A stretch of DNA of 64,000 nt from Marinilabiliaceae bacterium (lineage in GTDB: Bacteria; Bacteroidota; Bacteroidia; Bacteroidales; Marinilabiliaceae). The notes beneath the pieces were generated by a model. It made no database searches, had not been told where the DNA came from, and saw only the letters and a list, made by a program, of their open reading frames with translations. Made by a program: the position numbers and the translations under genes. The DNA is taken from NCBI GenBank assembly GCA_041583495.1, contig JBFHFS010000008.1, forward strand, positions 36,421 to 100,420, given 5' to 3'. Positions 50,737 through 64,000 of the stretch are shown piece after piece; the first letter of the stretch is position 1, and each line of letters opens with the position of its first letter.

Positions 50737-51161
50737 ATAGATGTTAACTTTTTTTAGCGGTAATTTACTTGGGTGTGCTCTGTTTCGGCATCATGAGAAG
50801 GATATTGAATAGTTGAATAGTGCGCTAAAAAAAAGGTGGCCCCGACCCCCTAGTTTACCGTAACCCTAACCCTAAAAAACGATAAATCTAAGTTGCCGGG
50901 ACCATTTTTCTATCACTTTTTATGCTTTTTTGGTGAATGGTATTTTTTTTATTTAATGGATTACAAATGCATTCTCTTAAACCCCTAAAAAAACTATTTC
51001 AAAGATAAAGCCTGTGGCAGGGTCGTTGAATGCTTCTGTATATGGTTTTTTCAATCCATCTGCAATTAGTACTTTTGACCCTTTGGCAGACTGTTTTTTA
51101 TATAAACAATTAAAAGCCACAAACTGTTTCAATAACTAAGACTATTTATATAAAAAAGACC

Positions 51162-51953
51162 ATGACGAAAGTTCATTTTTTCAAATATCAGGGTACAGGC
51201 AACGATTTTGTTCTGATCGATAACCGCGATTATTCTTTTAACGGTTCGGATAAGGAGTTGGTTGCTTTATTGTGTCATCGACGCTTTGGTATTGGTGCCG
51301 ATGGACTGATGTTGCTTGAGCCTTCTCAGAACCATGAATTTACGATGCGCTATTTTAACAGCGATGGCAATGAGGCTTCTATGTGTGGGAATGGAGGTAG
51401 GTGTATTTCTGCTTTTGCCGTGCATCTGGGAGTAGTCCCAATGTCCTCCCGGTTTGTTTTTGAAGCGGTGGATGGGTTGCATGAGGCAGAGGTACGGCCC
51501 GATCAGGTCGACCTTAAGATGGCTGATGTTTCTCAGGTTAAGGATCTGGGGGACGGTTATTTTCTGAATACCGGTTCTCCGCATTATGTGCGTTTTGTGG
51601 ATGAACCCTCTGCCCTAGATGTGGCTGTTGAAGGCCGTAAATGGCGACACGATGAACGTTTTGCCCCTGAGGGTACCAATGTGAATTTTGTACGAACTGC
51701 CAGTAGAACAGTTGTGCCTATGCGGACTTTTGAACGGGGGGTGGAGGAGGAAACCTGGTCGTGTGGCACCGGCGCTGTGGCATCGGCCATTGCCTTGTCC
51801 GTTAAAAGGGGTGCAGGCCACCTTTTTCGAATGCAAGTGCCGGGTGGAGAACTCACCGTCAGCTTTGATGAGCCCAGGGGGGACTCATTTTCGAATATCT
51901 GGCTCACAGGACCCGCAAAATTGGTTTTTGAGGGTGAGTTCATTGCCGGCTAG
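51162..51953 (+). CDS. dapF: Diaminopimelate epimerase
   Basis: GTGNDFVLID and the two catalytic Cys motifs SMCGNGGRC and SCGTGAVAS. Confidence 0.93.
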   Translation: MTKVHFFKYQGTGNDFVLIDNRDYSFNGSDKELVALLCHRRFGIGADGLMLLEPSQNHEFTMRYFNSDGNEASMCGNGGRCISAFAVHLGVVPMSSRFVFEAVDGLHEAEVRPDQVDLKMADVSQVKDLGDGYFLNTGSPHYVRFVDEPSALDVAVEGRKWRHDERFAPEGTNVNFVRTASRTVVPMRTFERGVEEETWSCGTGAVASAIALSVKRGAGHLFRMQVPGGELTVSFDEPRGDSFSNIWLTGPAKLVFEGEFIAG

Positions 51954-52101
51954 GGTAAAGAAGACCCTTTGGTATTGCTTAGATGCAGTTTTAAGTGCCC
52001 TTAAACCACCTCCATGCTTCTGCCACCTATATGGGCAGGTTTTATGTTTATGCTTTTCTGGAAGGGGCTCTATTAAAAAAGCTACAATCCTTATCTAATC
52101 T

Positions 52102-54123
52102 ATGGATTTCAAAATTACTTCAGACTATAAACCCACCGGAGACCAACCCGAAGCCATTCGGCAGTTGGTGGAAGGAATTGACCGGAATTGCAGGTATCAG
52201 ACCCTTTTGGGGGTAACCGGATCGGGAAAAACCTTTACTATTGCCAATGTGGTTGAACGTGTGCAAAGGCCCACGCTGGTGCTCAGCCATAATAAAACAC
52301 TGGCCGCCCAGCTTTATGGTGAATTTAAGAGTTTTTTTCCTGAAAATTCGGTGGAGTATTTTGTCTCCTATTATGACTATTATCAGCCCGAAGCCTATCT
52401 TCCAGGGACCGATACCTATATTGAAAAGGACCTTGCCATTAATGACGAGATAGAGAAGTTGAGACTCAGTGCTACTTCCGCTTTGTTATCCGGCCGGAGA
52501 GATGTGATTGTGGTTTCCTCCGTTTCCTGCTTGTATGGTATTGGAAATCCTGAAGATTTTCATGCCAATGTTATTTCCATCGAGAAAGGGCAATCGGTGG
52601 GCCGAAATGCTTTTTTGCGTAAGTTGGTCGATGGGGTCTATTCGCGGAATGAAATTGAATTTAACCGGGGCAACTTTCGTGTAAAAGGGGATACGGTAGA
52701 GATCTTTCTGGCTTATGCCGATCATGGCTGCAGGGTTATCTTTTGGGGCGATGAGATTGAGTCTATTGAAACCTTCGACCCCATCAATAATATCACCCTT
52801 TCTTCCCTGGACCGGACATTGATCTATCCGGCCAATATTTTTGTGACCAGCAAAGAGAGGGTTCAGCTGGCTATCAGGGAGATTCAGGACGACATGGTAA
52901 AACAGGTAGCCTTTTTTAAGGAGATCGGAAAGCATTTGGAAGCTAAGCGACTGGAGGAGCGAGTGAGCTACGATCTCGAAATGATTCGGGAACTGGGCCA
53001 TTGTCCCGGCATCGAGAACTACAGCCGTTATTTCGATGGACGTCCGCCCGGCACAAGACCCTTCTGTCTGATCGACTATTTTCCGCAGGATTTCTTGTTG
53101 GTAGTGGATGAGAGCCATGTGACCCTTCCCCAGGTCAAAGCCATGTATGGAGGTGATTACAGTCGCAAACAAAATTTGGTTGAATATGGCTTTAGGCTAC
53201 CGGCTGCGATGGACAACCGTCCTCTCAAGTTCGAGGAGTTCGACGGGGTGATTCAGCAAGCCATATATGTGAGTGCCACCCCTGCCGATTACGAACTGGA
53301 AAAGAGTGAAGGGGTAATCGTGGAACAGGTTATCAGACCTACCGGATTGTTGGATCCTGTGATTGATGTTCGACCCAGCCTGAATCAGATTGACGATTTA
53401 TTACAGGAGATTCGCCTACGCATAAAGCTGAAAGAACGGGTGTTGGTGACCACCCTGACCAAACGAATGGCTGAGGAGTTGACCAAATACCTTCAAAAGA
53501 TCGATATCCGTTGTGAATATATTCACTCTGATGTGGATACCCTCGAGCGGGTGAAGATCATGGAGAATCTTCGCAATGGTTTGTTTGATGTGCTGGTGGG
53601 GGTTAATCTCTTGCGCGAAGGGTTGGATCTTCCGGAAGTGTCGTTGGTGGCTATTCTGGATGCCGATAAGGAAGGTTTCCTCAGGTCGGCCCGTTCACTT
53701 ACTCAAACAGCCGGGAGGGCCGCCCGTAACCTAAACGGGCGGGTCATAATGTATGCCGATAAGATTACCCGGTCGATGCAAGAGACTATTGATGGCACCA
53801 ACTATCGTCGGGAAAAACAGCTTGCCTATAACGAGGCCAATGGCATCACACCTGCCGCCATTATTAAAAAGGTCGGGTCTGTCTTAGGGGAACAAACCAA
53901 AGATGTCGTTTCTATGGAGGGGGTATATGCCGGGCCTCAAAGTGTGGATATTGCTGCTGACCCTGTGGTTTCTTATATGACTCCGGAACAACTGAAAAAG
54001 GCGGTTGTCAAAACCAAAAAAGCAATGCAGGAAGCTTCCAAGGAGCTGGACTTTATCTCCGCTGCCCAATACCGGGATGAAATGTTTCGGTTGGAAGAGC
54101 TTTTGAAACAAAAAGAGAAGTAG
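52102..54123 (+). CDS. uvrB: Excinuclease ABC subunit B
   Basis: GVTGSGKTFT Walker A, VSYYDYYQPEAY, DESH, helicase motifs and a C-terminal UVR domain (AAQYRDEMFRLEELL). Confidence 0.97.
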   Translation: MDFKITSDYKPTGDQPEAIRQLVEGIDRNCRYQTLLGVTGSGKTFTIANVVERVQRPTLVLSHNKTLAAQLYGEFKSFFPENSVEYFVSYYDYYQPEAYLPGTDTYIEKDLAINDEIEKLRLSATSALLSGRRDVIVVSSVSCLYGIGNPEDFHANVISIEKGQSVGRNAFLRKLVDGVYSRNEIEFNRGNFRVKGDTVEIFLAYADHGCRVIFWGDEIESIETFDPINNITLSSLDRTLIYPANIFVTSKERVQLAIREIQDDMVKQVAFFKEIGKHLEAKRLEERVSYDLEMIRELGHCPGIENYSRYFDGRPPGTRPFCLIDYFPQDFLLVVDESHVTLPQVKAMYGGDYSRKQNLVEYGFRLPAAMDNRPLKFEEFDGVIQQAIYVSATPADYELEKSEGVIVEQVIRPTGLLDPVIDVRPSLNQIDDLLQEIRLRIKLKERVLVTTLTKRMAEELTKYLQKIDIRCEYIHSDVDTLERVKIMENLRNGLFDVLVGVNLLREGLDLPEVSLVAILDADKEGFLRSARSLTQTAGRAARNLNGRVIMYADKITRSMQETIDGTNYRREKQLAYNEANGITPAAIIKKVGSVLGEQTKDVVSMEGVYAGPQSVDIAADPVVSYMTPEQLKKAVVKTKKAMQEASKELDFISAAQYRDEMFRLEELLKQKEK

Positions 54124-54233
54124 ACAATATCAATGATTATAACAGGGAACCCTCCTGTCCTTTAAGCGTTTTCTCTTTTTTATCCCAACGACTGCCCATA
54201 TTTTGTTATGCTTTTATTTTTAGGTTGTTAATC

Positions 54234-55058
54234 CTATCTTCTCCGTTTGCTTTTGCTGGAAAAGGAGTTTCGTTTGCTGGATTTGTATTGATAGAAACTG
54301 CGCATCTTCAGGTAAGCTCTTCGGTTGTATCTTGGGTCGTTTTTCAATCTGCTCTCTTTCAACAGAATGGTAACTCCCGCAGTAAGAGTGTAATAAAAAT
54401 CCAGATCATCGGTGACATGAGTGTTGCCCGCTTTATCGTACCATTCGTCGTGTACATCCATCCTGTCGGTGAAGGGAAGCGCTCCGGTAAGTTCCAGGTT
54501 GGCGCTGATTATCGGAGTGATCCAAAAGGAGGTTCCTCCACCGGCAGAAATCACCGGGGCCATCTCGGCAGCTTTTCGCCAAACTTCCCCCTCAGGGTTT
54601 CCACTTCCAGATCCCCAATACTCGGTGGCATTATAGTAAACCAGGCCCAGATTAAAATGGGCGTAGGGCTGGAACTTCCGTTGTTTAAAGTAACCCAGAA
54701 ATTGATTTAATGGCCGGTAGGCCCCGCCGACAGTAAACTCGACATAAGTGTTCTCAAAGCTCGCATACACCTGGTTTGCGGGGGGCAAAATTTGAGTGCC
54801 CTGCATCATGCCCCCGATTAATTGGGTCCGGGCCGACAAGGTTTCTGTTAACTCTTTTTCTGCCATCGCCCCTAACGAGAAACTACCTCGTGATTCATCT
54901 ACAAGATCACCAAAAAATATATTGTAACCTCCCTTGGGAGTAATGGATAATCCCTCCTTAAACTTTTCCCAGCCTCTTTTCCTGTACTGTGCGTTAATAG
55001 ATGATGCAACAAGCAGTGCTATAAGGATTAGGATTAAACTTTTAGTAGATGTATGCAT
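54234..55058 (-). CDS. Small outer-membrane beta-barrel-like protein with a highly basic C-terminal tail
   Basis: Signal ...VASSINAQ and Gly/aromatic-rich amphipathic strands. The tail is YQYKSSKRNSFSSKSKRRR. Confidence 0.5.
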   Translation of the reverse strand: MHTSTKSLILILIALLVASSINAQYRKRGWEKFKEGLSITPKGGYNIFFGDLVDESRGSFSLGAMAEKELTETLSARTQLIGGMMQGTQILPPANQVYASFENTYVEFTVGGAYRPLNQFLGYFKQRKFQPYAHFNLGLVYYNATEYWGSGSGNPEGEVWRKAAEMAPVISAGGGTSFWITPIISANLELTGALPFTDRMDVHDEWYDKAGNTHVTDDLDFYYTLTAGVTILLKESRLKNDPRYNRRAYLKMRSFYQYKSSKRNSFSSKSKRRR

Positions 55059-55196
55059 GAAAATGCAGTTGTTTATTGTTATTACGACAATACAAAAATG
55101 AGAAAAACTTTAATAAATATAAAAAAGATATACGCAGAACCAGAAATAAAGGTCACAATTTTACCGATTTTTTTTATCTATTGTGGCAGTTTTTAC

Positions 55197-55973
55197 TTAA
55201 TAATGCCGATTTTTTCCATATAAATAGTTTTTTGCGGCCAAAATCGTGGATTTGATTATTTCTGGATCGGAAAAAAATATTTGCCCCTCGCCTGTTCCTG
55301 GGGCACTGAATGATAACCGCGGGGTATTTCTATCCATCTTCGAAGGAAAAGCCTTTCGTGCCGAAAAATGATACTCCCGGGCCCCTGTTGTTTCAATTAG
55401 TTGAGCAATGTTGTCGGGGCCTATTCCTGAGCCGGGCATAATGGAAAGTGAGTGACCGGCTTGTTGCACAAGGTCGGCAATCAAGGTTTTGCCCTGGATG
55501 GCTTTTGGTTTGGCCCCCGAGGTGAGAAGACGGCGGACCCCCAGTTGTTTAAGTTGCGCCAGGGCCTCAAGGGGGGCCCTGCAAACATCGAAGGCCCGGT
55601 GGAAGGTGAAGGGCAATCCTTTGGCATGTTGCATTAAAAGGCTGGTCCGTTTCAGATCAATATCCCCATTGGGGAGAAGCAATCCCGACACAATGCCATG
55701 AACCCCGGCTTCGCGGGCCCTGATGACATCTCTCTGCATTACATCAAATTCTTCCTCAGAATAGAGAAAGTCGCCTCCACGGGGCCGGATGATGACAAAA
55801 ACCTGAATGTCGGGAATCGTGAGGGCCGATTCAATCATGCCGATGCTTGGGGTGGTTCCTCCTTCGTAGAGGTTGTCGCACAACTCAACTCTGTGAGCCC
55901 CGGAGGAAGCTGCATTTTTGACCGATCGGATGGAGTCGGCACAGATCTCAAAGGTTAAAGTGTCCTGGGGCAT
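55197..55973 (-). CDS. cutC: Copper homeostasis protein CutC family
   Basis: FEICADSIRSVKNAASSGAHRVELCDNLYEGGTTPS, IRPRGGDF.YS..E, FHRAFD and ILTSG. Confidence 0.88.
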   Translation of the reverse strand: MPQDTLTFEICADSIRSVKNAASSGAHRVELCDNLYEGGTTPSIGMIESALTIPDIQVFVIIRPRGGDFLYSEEEFDVMQRDVIRAREAGVHGIVSGLLLPNGDIDLKRTSLLMQHAKGLPFTFHRAFDVCRAPLEALAQLKQLGVRRLLTSGAKPKAIQGKTLIADLVQQAGHSLSIMPGSGIGPDNIAQLIETTGAREYHFSARKAFPSKMDRNTPRLSFSAPGTGEGQIFFSDPEIIKSTILAAKNYLYGKNRHY

Positions 55974-55995
55974 AATCCTTAATCACTTTTGGGTC

Positions 55996-57909
55996 TTAAC
56001 CCATATAATTTTGAATATTCGTCAGGTTTCTGGGGGACAAGAAATTTTTTCCTTCAGGGGTGTAGAGGAAGTTGATCTCATCTTCAAAATAGTCTTCTGC
56101 TTTCTTTCTGACCAGCTTCATGGTGCTGTTAATGAGTTTGTTTTCCTCGGTGAAGGGTTCGGGAACCACAAGGCTTGCGGTAGGCAGCCAGCGCTGGGGG
56201 AACAGGTTTTCCAGTTTGCCACCGGGGTTGAACTGTGCCAGTTGATGGTCAATAGCCTTTAAAATTTCCCTTTGTTGTTGGTCGGGTTCCAGGTCCGGCC
56301 CCAGCATCTTAATCACATGGTTCACTTTTTCGCGATTAGGTACGATCAGTCCGATGGTATAGGGGTTCTGATTGTTGTGAAGCATGAATTGTTCGATCAG
56401 GGGACAGTGGTCTGTTATGGCTTCTTCAATTCCCTCGGGACTGTATTTTTCTCCGTCGGAACCTATCAACAGGCTTTTGTAACGGCCCAGAACGTATAGA
56501 TAGCCCTCCTGATCGACATATCCCAGGTCGCCCGTAAAAAGCCATCCATTTCGAAGGGCCTCCTTTGTCGCGACCTCATTTTTCCAATAACCGGCCATCA
56601 CATTTTCGCCCTTAACCACAATTTCACCCGCAATTCCAATGGGCAAATCATTCTCATTTTCATCACAAATCCTCAATTCAAGATCTTTAAGAATAGGCCC
56701 CGAAGAGCCCATCTTGTGATGGTTGGGGGTGTTGGCAGAGATGATGGGGGCTGCCTCACTTAACCCGTAGCCCTGGTACATCGGGATGTTCAAGGCGTAA
56801 AAGAATTTTTGGAGGTCGGTATCGAGCAATGCGCCACCCCCAATGAAAAACTGCAGTTTCCCCCCAAACCGGGTCCGGATGGCTTTGAATAAAATACGGT
56901 CGAAAAGTTTATAAAGAGGGAAGGTTATCCGTTTGATTCCTGCCCCTCTGTTGTTGCCGGTGCCATTGTACCAGATGGCATAGGCCATGGCCACCTTGAA
57001 GAGTTTATTGATGAAAGGGCCTTTGGCCTGAATGCCTCTTTCAATGTTTTTTCGGAAGTTTTTGGCGATTGCCGGCACACTCATTAACACCTGGGGTTGA
57101 ATCTCCAGCATATTATTGGCGAAGTTCTTGAGGGTCTCCATTTGTGAGCTGCCCGCCTGTGCCGAAGCGATAGAGGCCCCCCTGTACATAAAGGCATAGA
57201 GTGCTGCTGTATGGGCAAAGGCATGATCCCAGGGCAGGACCACGAGGGTTCTGTAATGGGCGGGAATATCGATGAAGCTGAAAGCTTGTTCCACATTAGC
57301 CGTGTAATTGCGGTGGGTGAGCATTATGCCTTTGGGATAGGCTGTGGTTCCGGATGTGTAACATATGTTGGCCAGGTCGTTTTGGCCGACTTCCCTGATC
57401 CGTGTTTCGAGGGGCTCAGGGTCCTTGAGCAAGGCCTGTCGGCCCTCTTCACGAATTTGTGAAAGGAGTTCTTCTTTCTCCTCCAAGGGGTCGATGTCAT
57501 CCAGAATAATTACCCTCTCGATTAATGGCAGATCGGGTAGTATCTGTCTGATTTTTGGCAACTGATACTTAGAAACCAATACCATTCGGCTTTCCGAGTG
57601 ATTCAACCGGAATATAAGCTCCTGGTCTGCTTCCAGTTTGACGGAAAGTGGTACGTTAATGGCCCCACAATAGAGAATGGCCAATTCTGATATGAGCCAA
57701 TCGTTTCGTCCTTCTGAAAGAAGTGCCAGGCGGTCTCCTTTTTTTATGCCCCTTTCGAGCAGGCCGGCTGCCACCATTCTGACGGTTTCTCTGGTCTGCT
57801 TATAGGTAAGGGAGCGGTATACGCCATCTTGCTTTTCCCACAGAAGTGGATGCTCCCCGAAACTGGATACTTTTTCTTCAAAATAAGTGATGATGCTTTG
57901 CATGGCCAT
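55996..57909 (-). CDS. Long-chain fatty acid--CoA ligase (AMP-binding enzyme)
   Basis: AMP-binding motif ICYTSGTTAYPKG, plus YGLSEA and TGDLGYVDQEGYLYVLGRYK. Confidence 0.85.
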   Translation of the reverse strand: MAMQSIITYFEEKVSSFGEHPLLWEKQDGVYRSLTYKQTRETVRMVAAGLLERGIKKGDRLALLSEGRNDWLISELAILYCGAINVPLSVKLEADQELIFRLNHSESRMVLVSKYQLPKIRQILPDLPLIERVIILDDIDPLEEKEELLSQIREEGRQALLKDPEPLETRIREVGQNDLANICYTSGTTAYPKGIMLTHRNYTANVEQAFSFIDIPAHYRTLVVLPWDHAFAHTAALYAFMYRGASIASAQAGSSQMETLKNFANNMLEIQPQVLMSVPAIAKNFRKNIERGIQAKGPFINKLFKVAMAYAIWYNGTGNNRGAGIKRITFPLYKLFDRILFKAIRTRFGGKLQFFIGGGALLDTDLQKFFYALNIPMYQGYGLSEAAPIISANTPNHHKMGSSGPILKDLELRICDENENDLPIGIAGEIVVKGENVMAGYWKNEVATKEALRNGWLFTGDLGYVDQEGYLYVLGRYKSLLIGSDGEKYSPEGIEEAITDHCPLIEQFMLHNNQNPYTIGLIVPNREKVNHVIKMLGPDLEPDQQQREILKAIDHQLAQFNPGGKLENLFPQRWLPTASLVVPEPFTEENKLINSTMKLVRKKAEDYFEDEINFLYTPEGKNFLSPRNLTNIQNYMG

Positions 57910-58153
57910 TATGTTTTTACAAAAATCTGCCCCATTTCCATGGTCCCGGTTTTTTTCTACAAAAATACAAATGTAAAGAAAAGGGTTAAGACCTCATCGT
58001 TTTGTTCGAAATCGGACACGACGTGTTGTAAATCGTGCATTTTTTATTTTGTTGATAGTGCGTTAAGAGTCTGAAAAACAGAAGAAAGTGTATTTAGGCA
58101 AGAGCTTTGTATATTTTATTTATCACGAATTAACCCATTTAAAAGACCAAGTT

Positions 58154-59524
58154 ATGAGGGATGTTAAATTTGCTTTTACAGGGATATTGATTTTTTCGAT
58201 GGTTACTCTAATGAGTCTTCCTTCCATACAGGCGCAGAAAAAATCTACCCAAAGAAGTCCCGAGGACAGTTTGAAATGTCTCGAGCTCTTTTCAGTTTAT
58301 AGCATGGCGTTGGAAAAAAAGATGTACAATTATGCCATTGGGCCCTGGCGCACGATGTTTGAAAATTGCCCTGAAATTAGTACGCGTATCTATGCCGATG
58401 GGGTTGATCTGATTACCCATTACCTTGAGTTGGAGAAAGATGAACAAAAGCAGGCCGGGCTGATGGATACCTTATTGATGATTTATGACCAGAGGATTAC
58501 CTATTTTGGGGATCATGAAAAGTATCCTGAAGGCTGGATCCTGGGGCGAAAGGGACTGGAAATCGTGAAATACAGACGCGATAAGGCAGATTTTCTCCAG
58601 GAGGCTTATGGTTGTTTCGAAAAGAGTTACCATTTGTTGGGGCAAAAGGCGGAGCCTCCGGTAATGTTGGCCTGGATGCAAACCACCCGGAGCCTTTTTG
58701 TGCAGGATTTGTTGGCTCCAGACAGTGTTTTTGAAAATTTTATTCGAATTCACACACTGTTATCCGATCAGATTGCATCAGAACCGGATGCCTCACGAAA
58801 AGAAATCTACGATAAGGTTTTATCAGCTGTGGAGACTATCTTTTCGAGTACGGCCATTTCAGATTGTGCTTTTTTCACGCAATACCTGGCCCGTTTGGCG
58901 CCTACGGGGACGCTGAGCCCTGAAGAGATAAAACGCCATATCAGGCTTCTTCAGGTCACTAACTGCAAGGATTCGGAACTGTATGTAGACCTGATTGAGC
59001 AAGATTATAGAAATGCCCCCGACGGACTGGCGGCCGCTCAGCTGGCACGATTGTTCCTGCAGCGACAGGGCTTTGATGATGCCAGGAAGTATTATCTTGA
59101 AGCCATTGATAAGTGTGAGGAGGATAGTGTTAAGGCGCTTTATTGCTATGAGCTGGGTGTTTTAATGTATGGACACTATGGAGAGGCCGACCTTGCCCGG
59201 AAATACGCCCGTCAAGCCGCATCATTACGGCCGGAGTGGGGCGCTCCTTACATGTTGTTGGGGTCTATTTATGCACAGAGAGCCCCTAAACTATCGGGTA
59301 ACGAGTTTGAACAGCAAGCAGTTTATTGGGTGGCTGTAGATCAGTTTATGAAAGTGTTAAAAGTGGATAGCACCTATTTAAACGAGGCGAGAAAACAAAT
59401 AGAGGTTTATTCACAATACTTTCCCGATCAACAGAGTTGCTTCTTTCGTGGATTGAATGAAGGGCAGACCTTTACGGTAGAGGGGTGGGTAAATGAATCC
59501 ACGGTGGTGCGTTACAGGAAGTAA
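58154..59524 (+). CDS. Secreted helical-repeat (TPR-like) hypothetical protein
   Basis: Start at ATG 58154 (MRDVKFAFTGILIFSMVTLMSLPSIQAQ signal); the ORF-track start at 58088 is GTG. The C-terminal half has TPR-like A/Y/L periodicity. Confidence 0.55.
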   Translation: MRDVKFAFTGILIFSMVTLMSLPSIQAQKKSTQRSPEDSLKCLELFSVYSMALEKKMYNYAIGPWRTMFENCPEISTRIYADGVDLITHYLELEKDEQKQAGLMDTLLMIYDQRITYFGDHEKYPEGWILGRKGLEIVKYRRDKADFLQEAYGCFEKSYHLLGQKAEPPVMLAWMQTTRSLFVQDLLAPDSVFENFIRIHTLLSDQIASEPDASRKEIYDKVLSAVETIFSSTAISDCAFFTQYLARLAPTGTLSPEEIKRHIRLLQVTNCKDSELYVDLIEQDYRNAPDGLAAAQLARLFLQRQGFDDARKYYLEAIDKCEEDSVKALYCYELGVLMYGHYGEADLARKYARQAASLRPEWGAPYMLLGSIYAQRAPKLSGNEFEQQAVYWVAVDQFMKVLKVDSTYLNEARKQIEVYSQYFPDQQSCFFRGLNEGQTFTVEGWVNESTVVRYRK

Positions 59525-59589
59525 TCGGGGTTATTAGTGGGGTTTGGTACAACAGCGAAATATTTTCCGGGCCGACACCTAAATAAAAA

Positions 59590-59620
59590 CATCCTGCAGA
59601 GGTCTATTTTCTGCAGGATG
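59590..59620. terminator. Hairpin between convergent genes (11-bp perfect stem)
   Basis: CATCCTGCAGA (59590-59600) and TCTGCAGGATG (59610-59620) with a 9-nt loop. It lies between the stops at 59524 (+) and 59673 (-). Confidence 0.6.
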
Positions 59621-59672
59621 ATGAATTTAGGGGGTCCAACCCAATGGGCGCAACTAACAACTTAAGGATCAA

Positions 59673-63599
<3,927 letters not shown>

Positions 63600-63670
63600 T
63601 TATTAGGTTTGTTGTTGGACGGTTAACAAATATAATGAATTTTATCAGTATCATAAAAGAAGAGGGGTGA

Positions 63671-63967
63671 GAGGACATCCTGAGCGCGGGGATATCTTGG
63701 CCCTGGCTATTGGTAAGGCACTTAACAAAACATGGCCCCATTGATACGAGAACGGGACGGTCCCATTTGATGGCTTTTATTTCTGAAGATGACGGTTATT
63801 CATGGTCGAATGGCTTGCTGTTGGATGAACGGCCGGGAGTATCGTATCCCGATGGACAACAAACCAGTGACGGAACTAATTATATTACTTACGATTATAA
63901 CCGGAGCAAAGAGCAAATAATCCTGATGACGAGTTTTACCGAAGAGGATATTTTAGCCGATGACTAG
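63671..63967 (+). pseudogene. 3' remnant of a BNR/Asp-box sialidase-like (exo-alpha-sialidase fold) gene
   Basis: The frame is open only from 63671, after an in-frame TGA. It has no ATG and no room for the roughly 300 missing N-terminal codons, because the divergent GH2 gene starts at 63476. It retains the Asp-box SEDDGYSW and the typical C-terminal ...LLLDERPGVSYPDG.Q..DG..YITYDYNR....I.M..FTEEDI. Confidence 0.55.
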
Positions 63968-64000
63968 GACTCTAAAATTATAGAGGTTTTTAAACGACGA

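Noticed and set aside
50861-50875. Telomere-like TAACCCTAACCCTAA (2.5 copies of CCCTAA) in the htrA/dapF intergenic region.
   Set aside because: It has only two and a half units, no array and no associated structure. This is compatible with chance.

Overview
This is a Bacteroidota-type chromosomal segment. The evidence is a 286-aa sigma-A, TAnnTTTG-type promoters, an HTCS-type sensor, TAT-signal Gfo/Idh/MocA enzymes and a T9SS C-terminal sorting domain. Coding density is about 90%, with 45 supportable CDS, one partial CDS at the left edge and one gene remnant at the right edge. I found no rRNA, tRNA, CRISPR array, transposase or integrase.

Housekeeping genes are clear: speA, argS, rocD, gyrB, rpoD, an HtrA-family protease, dapF, uvrB and cutC. 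They are interleaved with two glycan-catabolism blocks.
- Block 1 (1288-7854): a tandem-DUF1080 protein and two TAT-exported Gfo/Idh/MocA oxidoreductases, divergent from a sensor gene.
- Block 2 (18580-26544): GH127, an FAD oxidoreductase, a secreted xylose-isomerase-like TIM barrel, GH2 and a mutarotase. A LacZ-type GH2 with a discoidin domain lies at 59673-63476.

The outstanding feature sits in a visibly AT-richer block (about 32.7-39.2 kb). A secreted protein there carries a core that is 69/76 identical to eukaryotic ubiquitin. That core is fused in frame to a signal peptide, an Ig-like (He_PIG-type) spacer and a type IX secretion C-terminal sorting domain.

The same block carries a tight same-strand array that looks like an undescribed envelope-spanning sulfur-handling module. 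It runs ArsR regulator, TAT-exported split-Soret-like dihaem/C_GCAxxG_C_C protein, rhodanese, TauE/SafE exporter, porin-like protein. An iron-sulfur-flavoprotein-like gene lies between that array and the ubiquitin gene.

All calls rest on reading the supplied translations and the DNA by eye. No database search or statistics were run. Start codons are my best choice among in-frame candidates, and GC statements come from hand counts of a few 60-nt lines.
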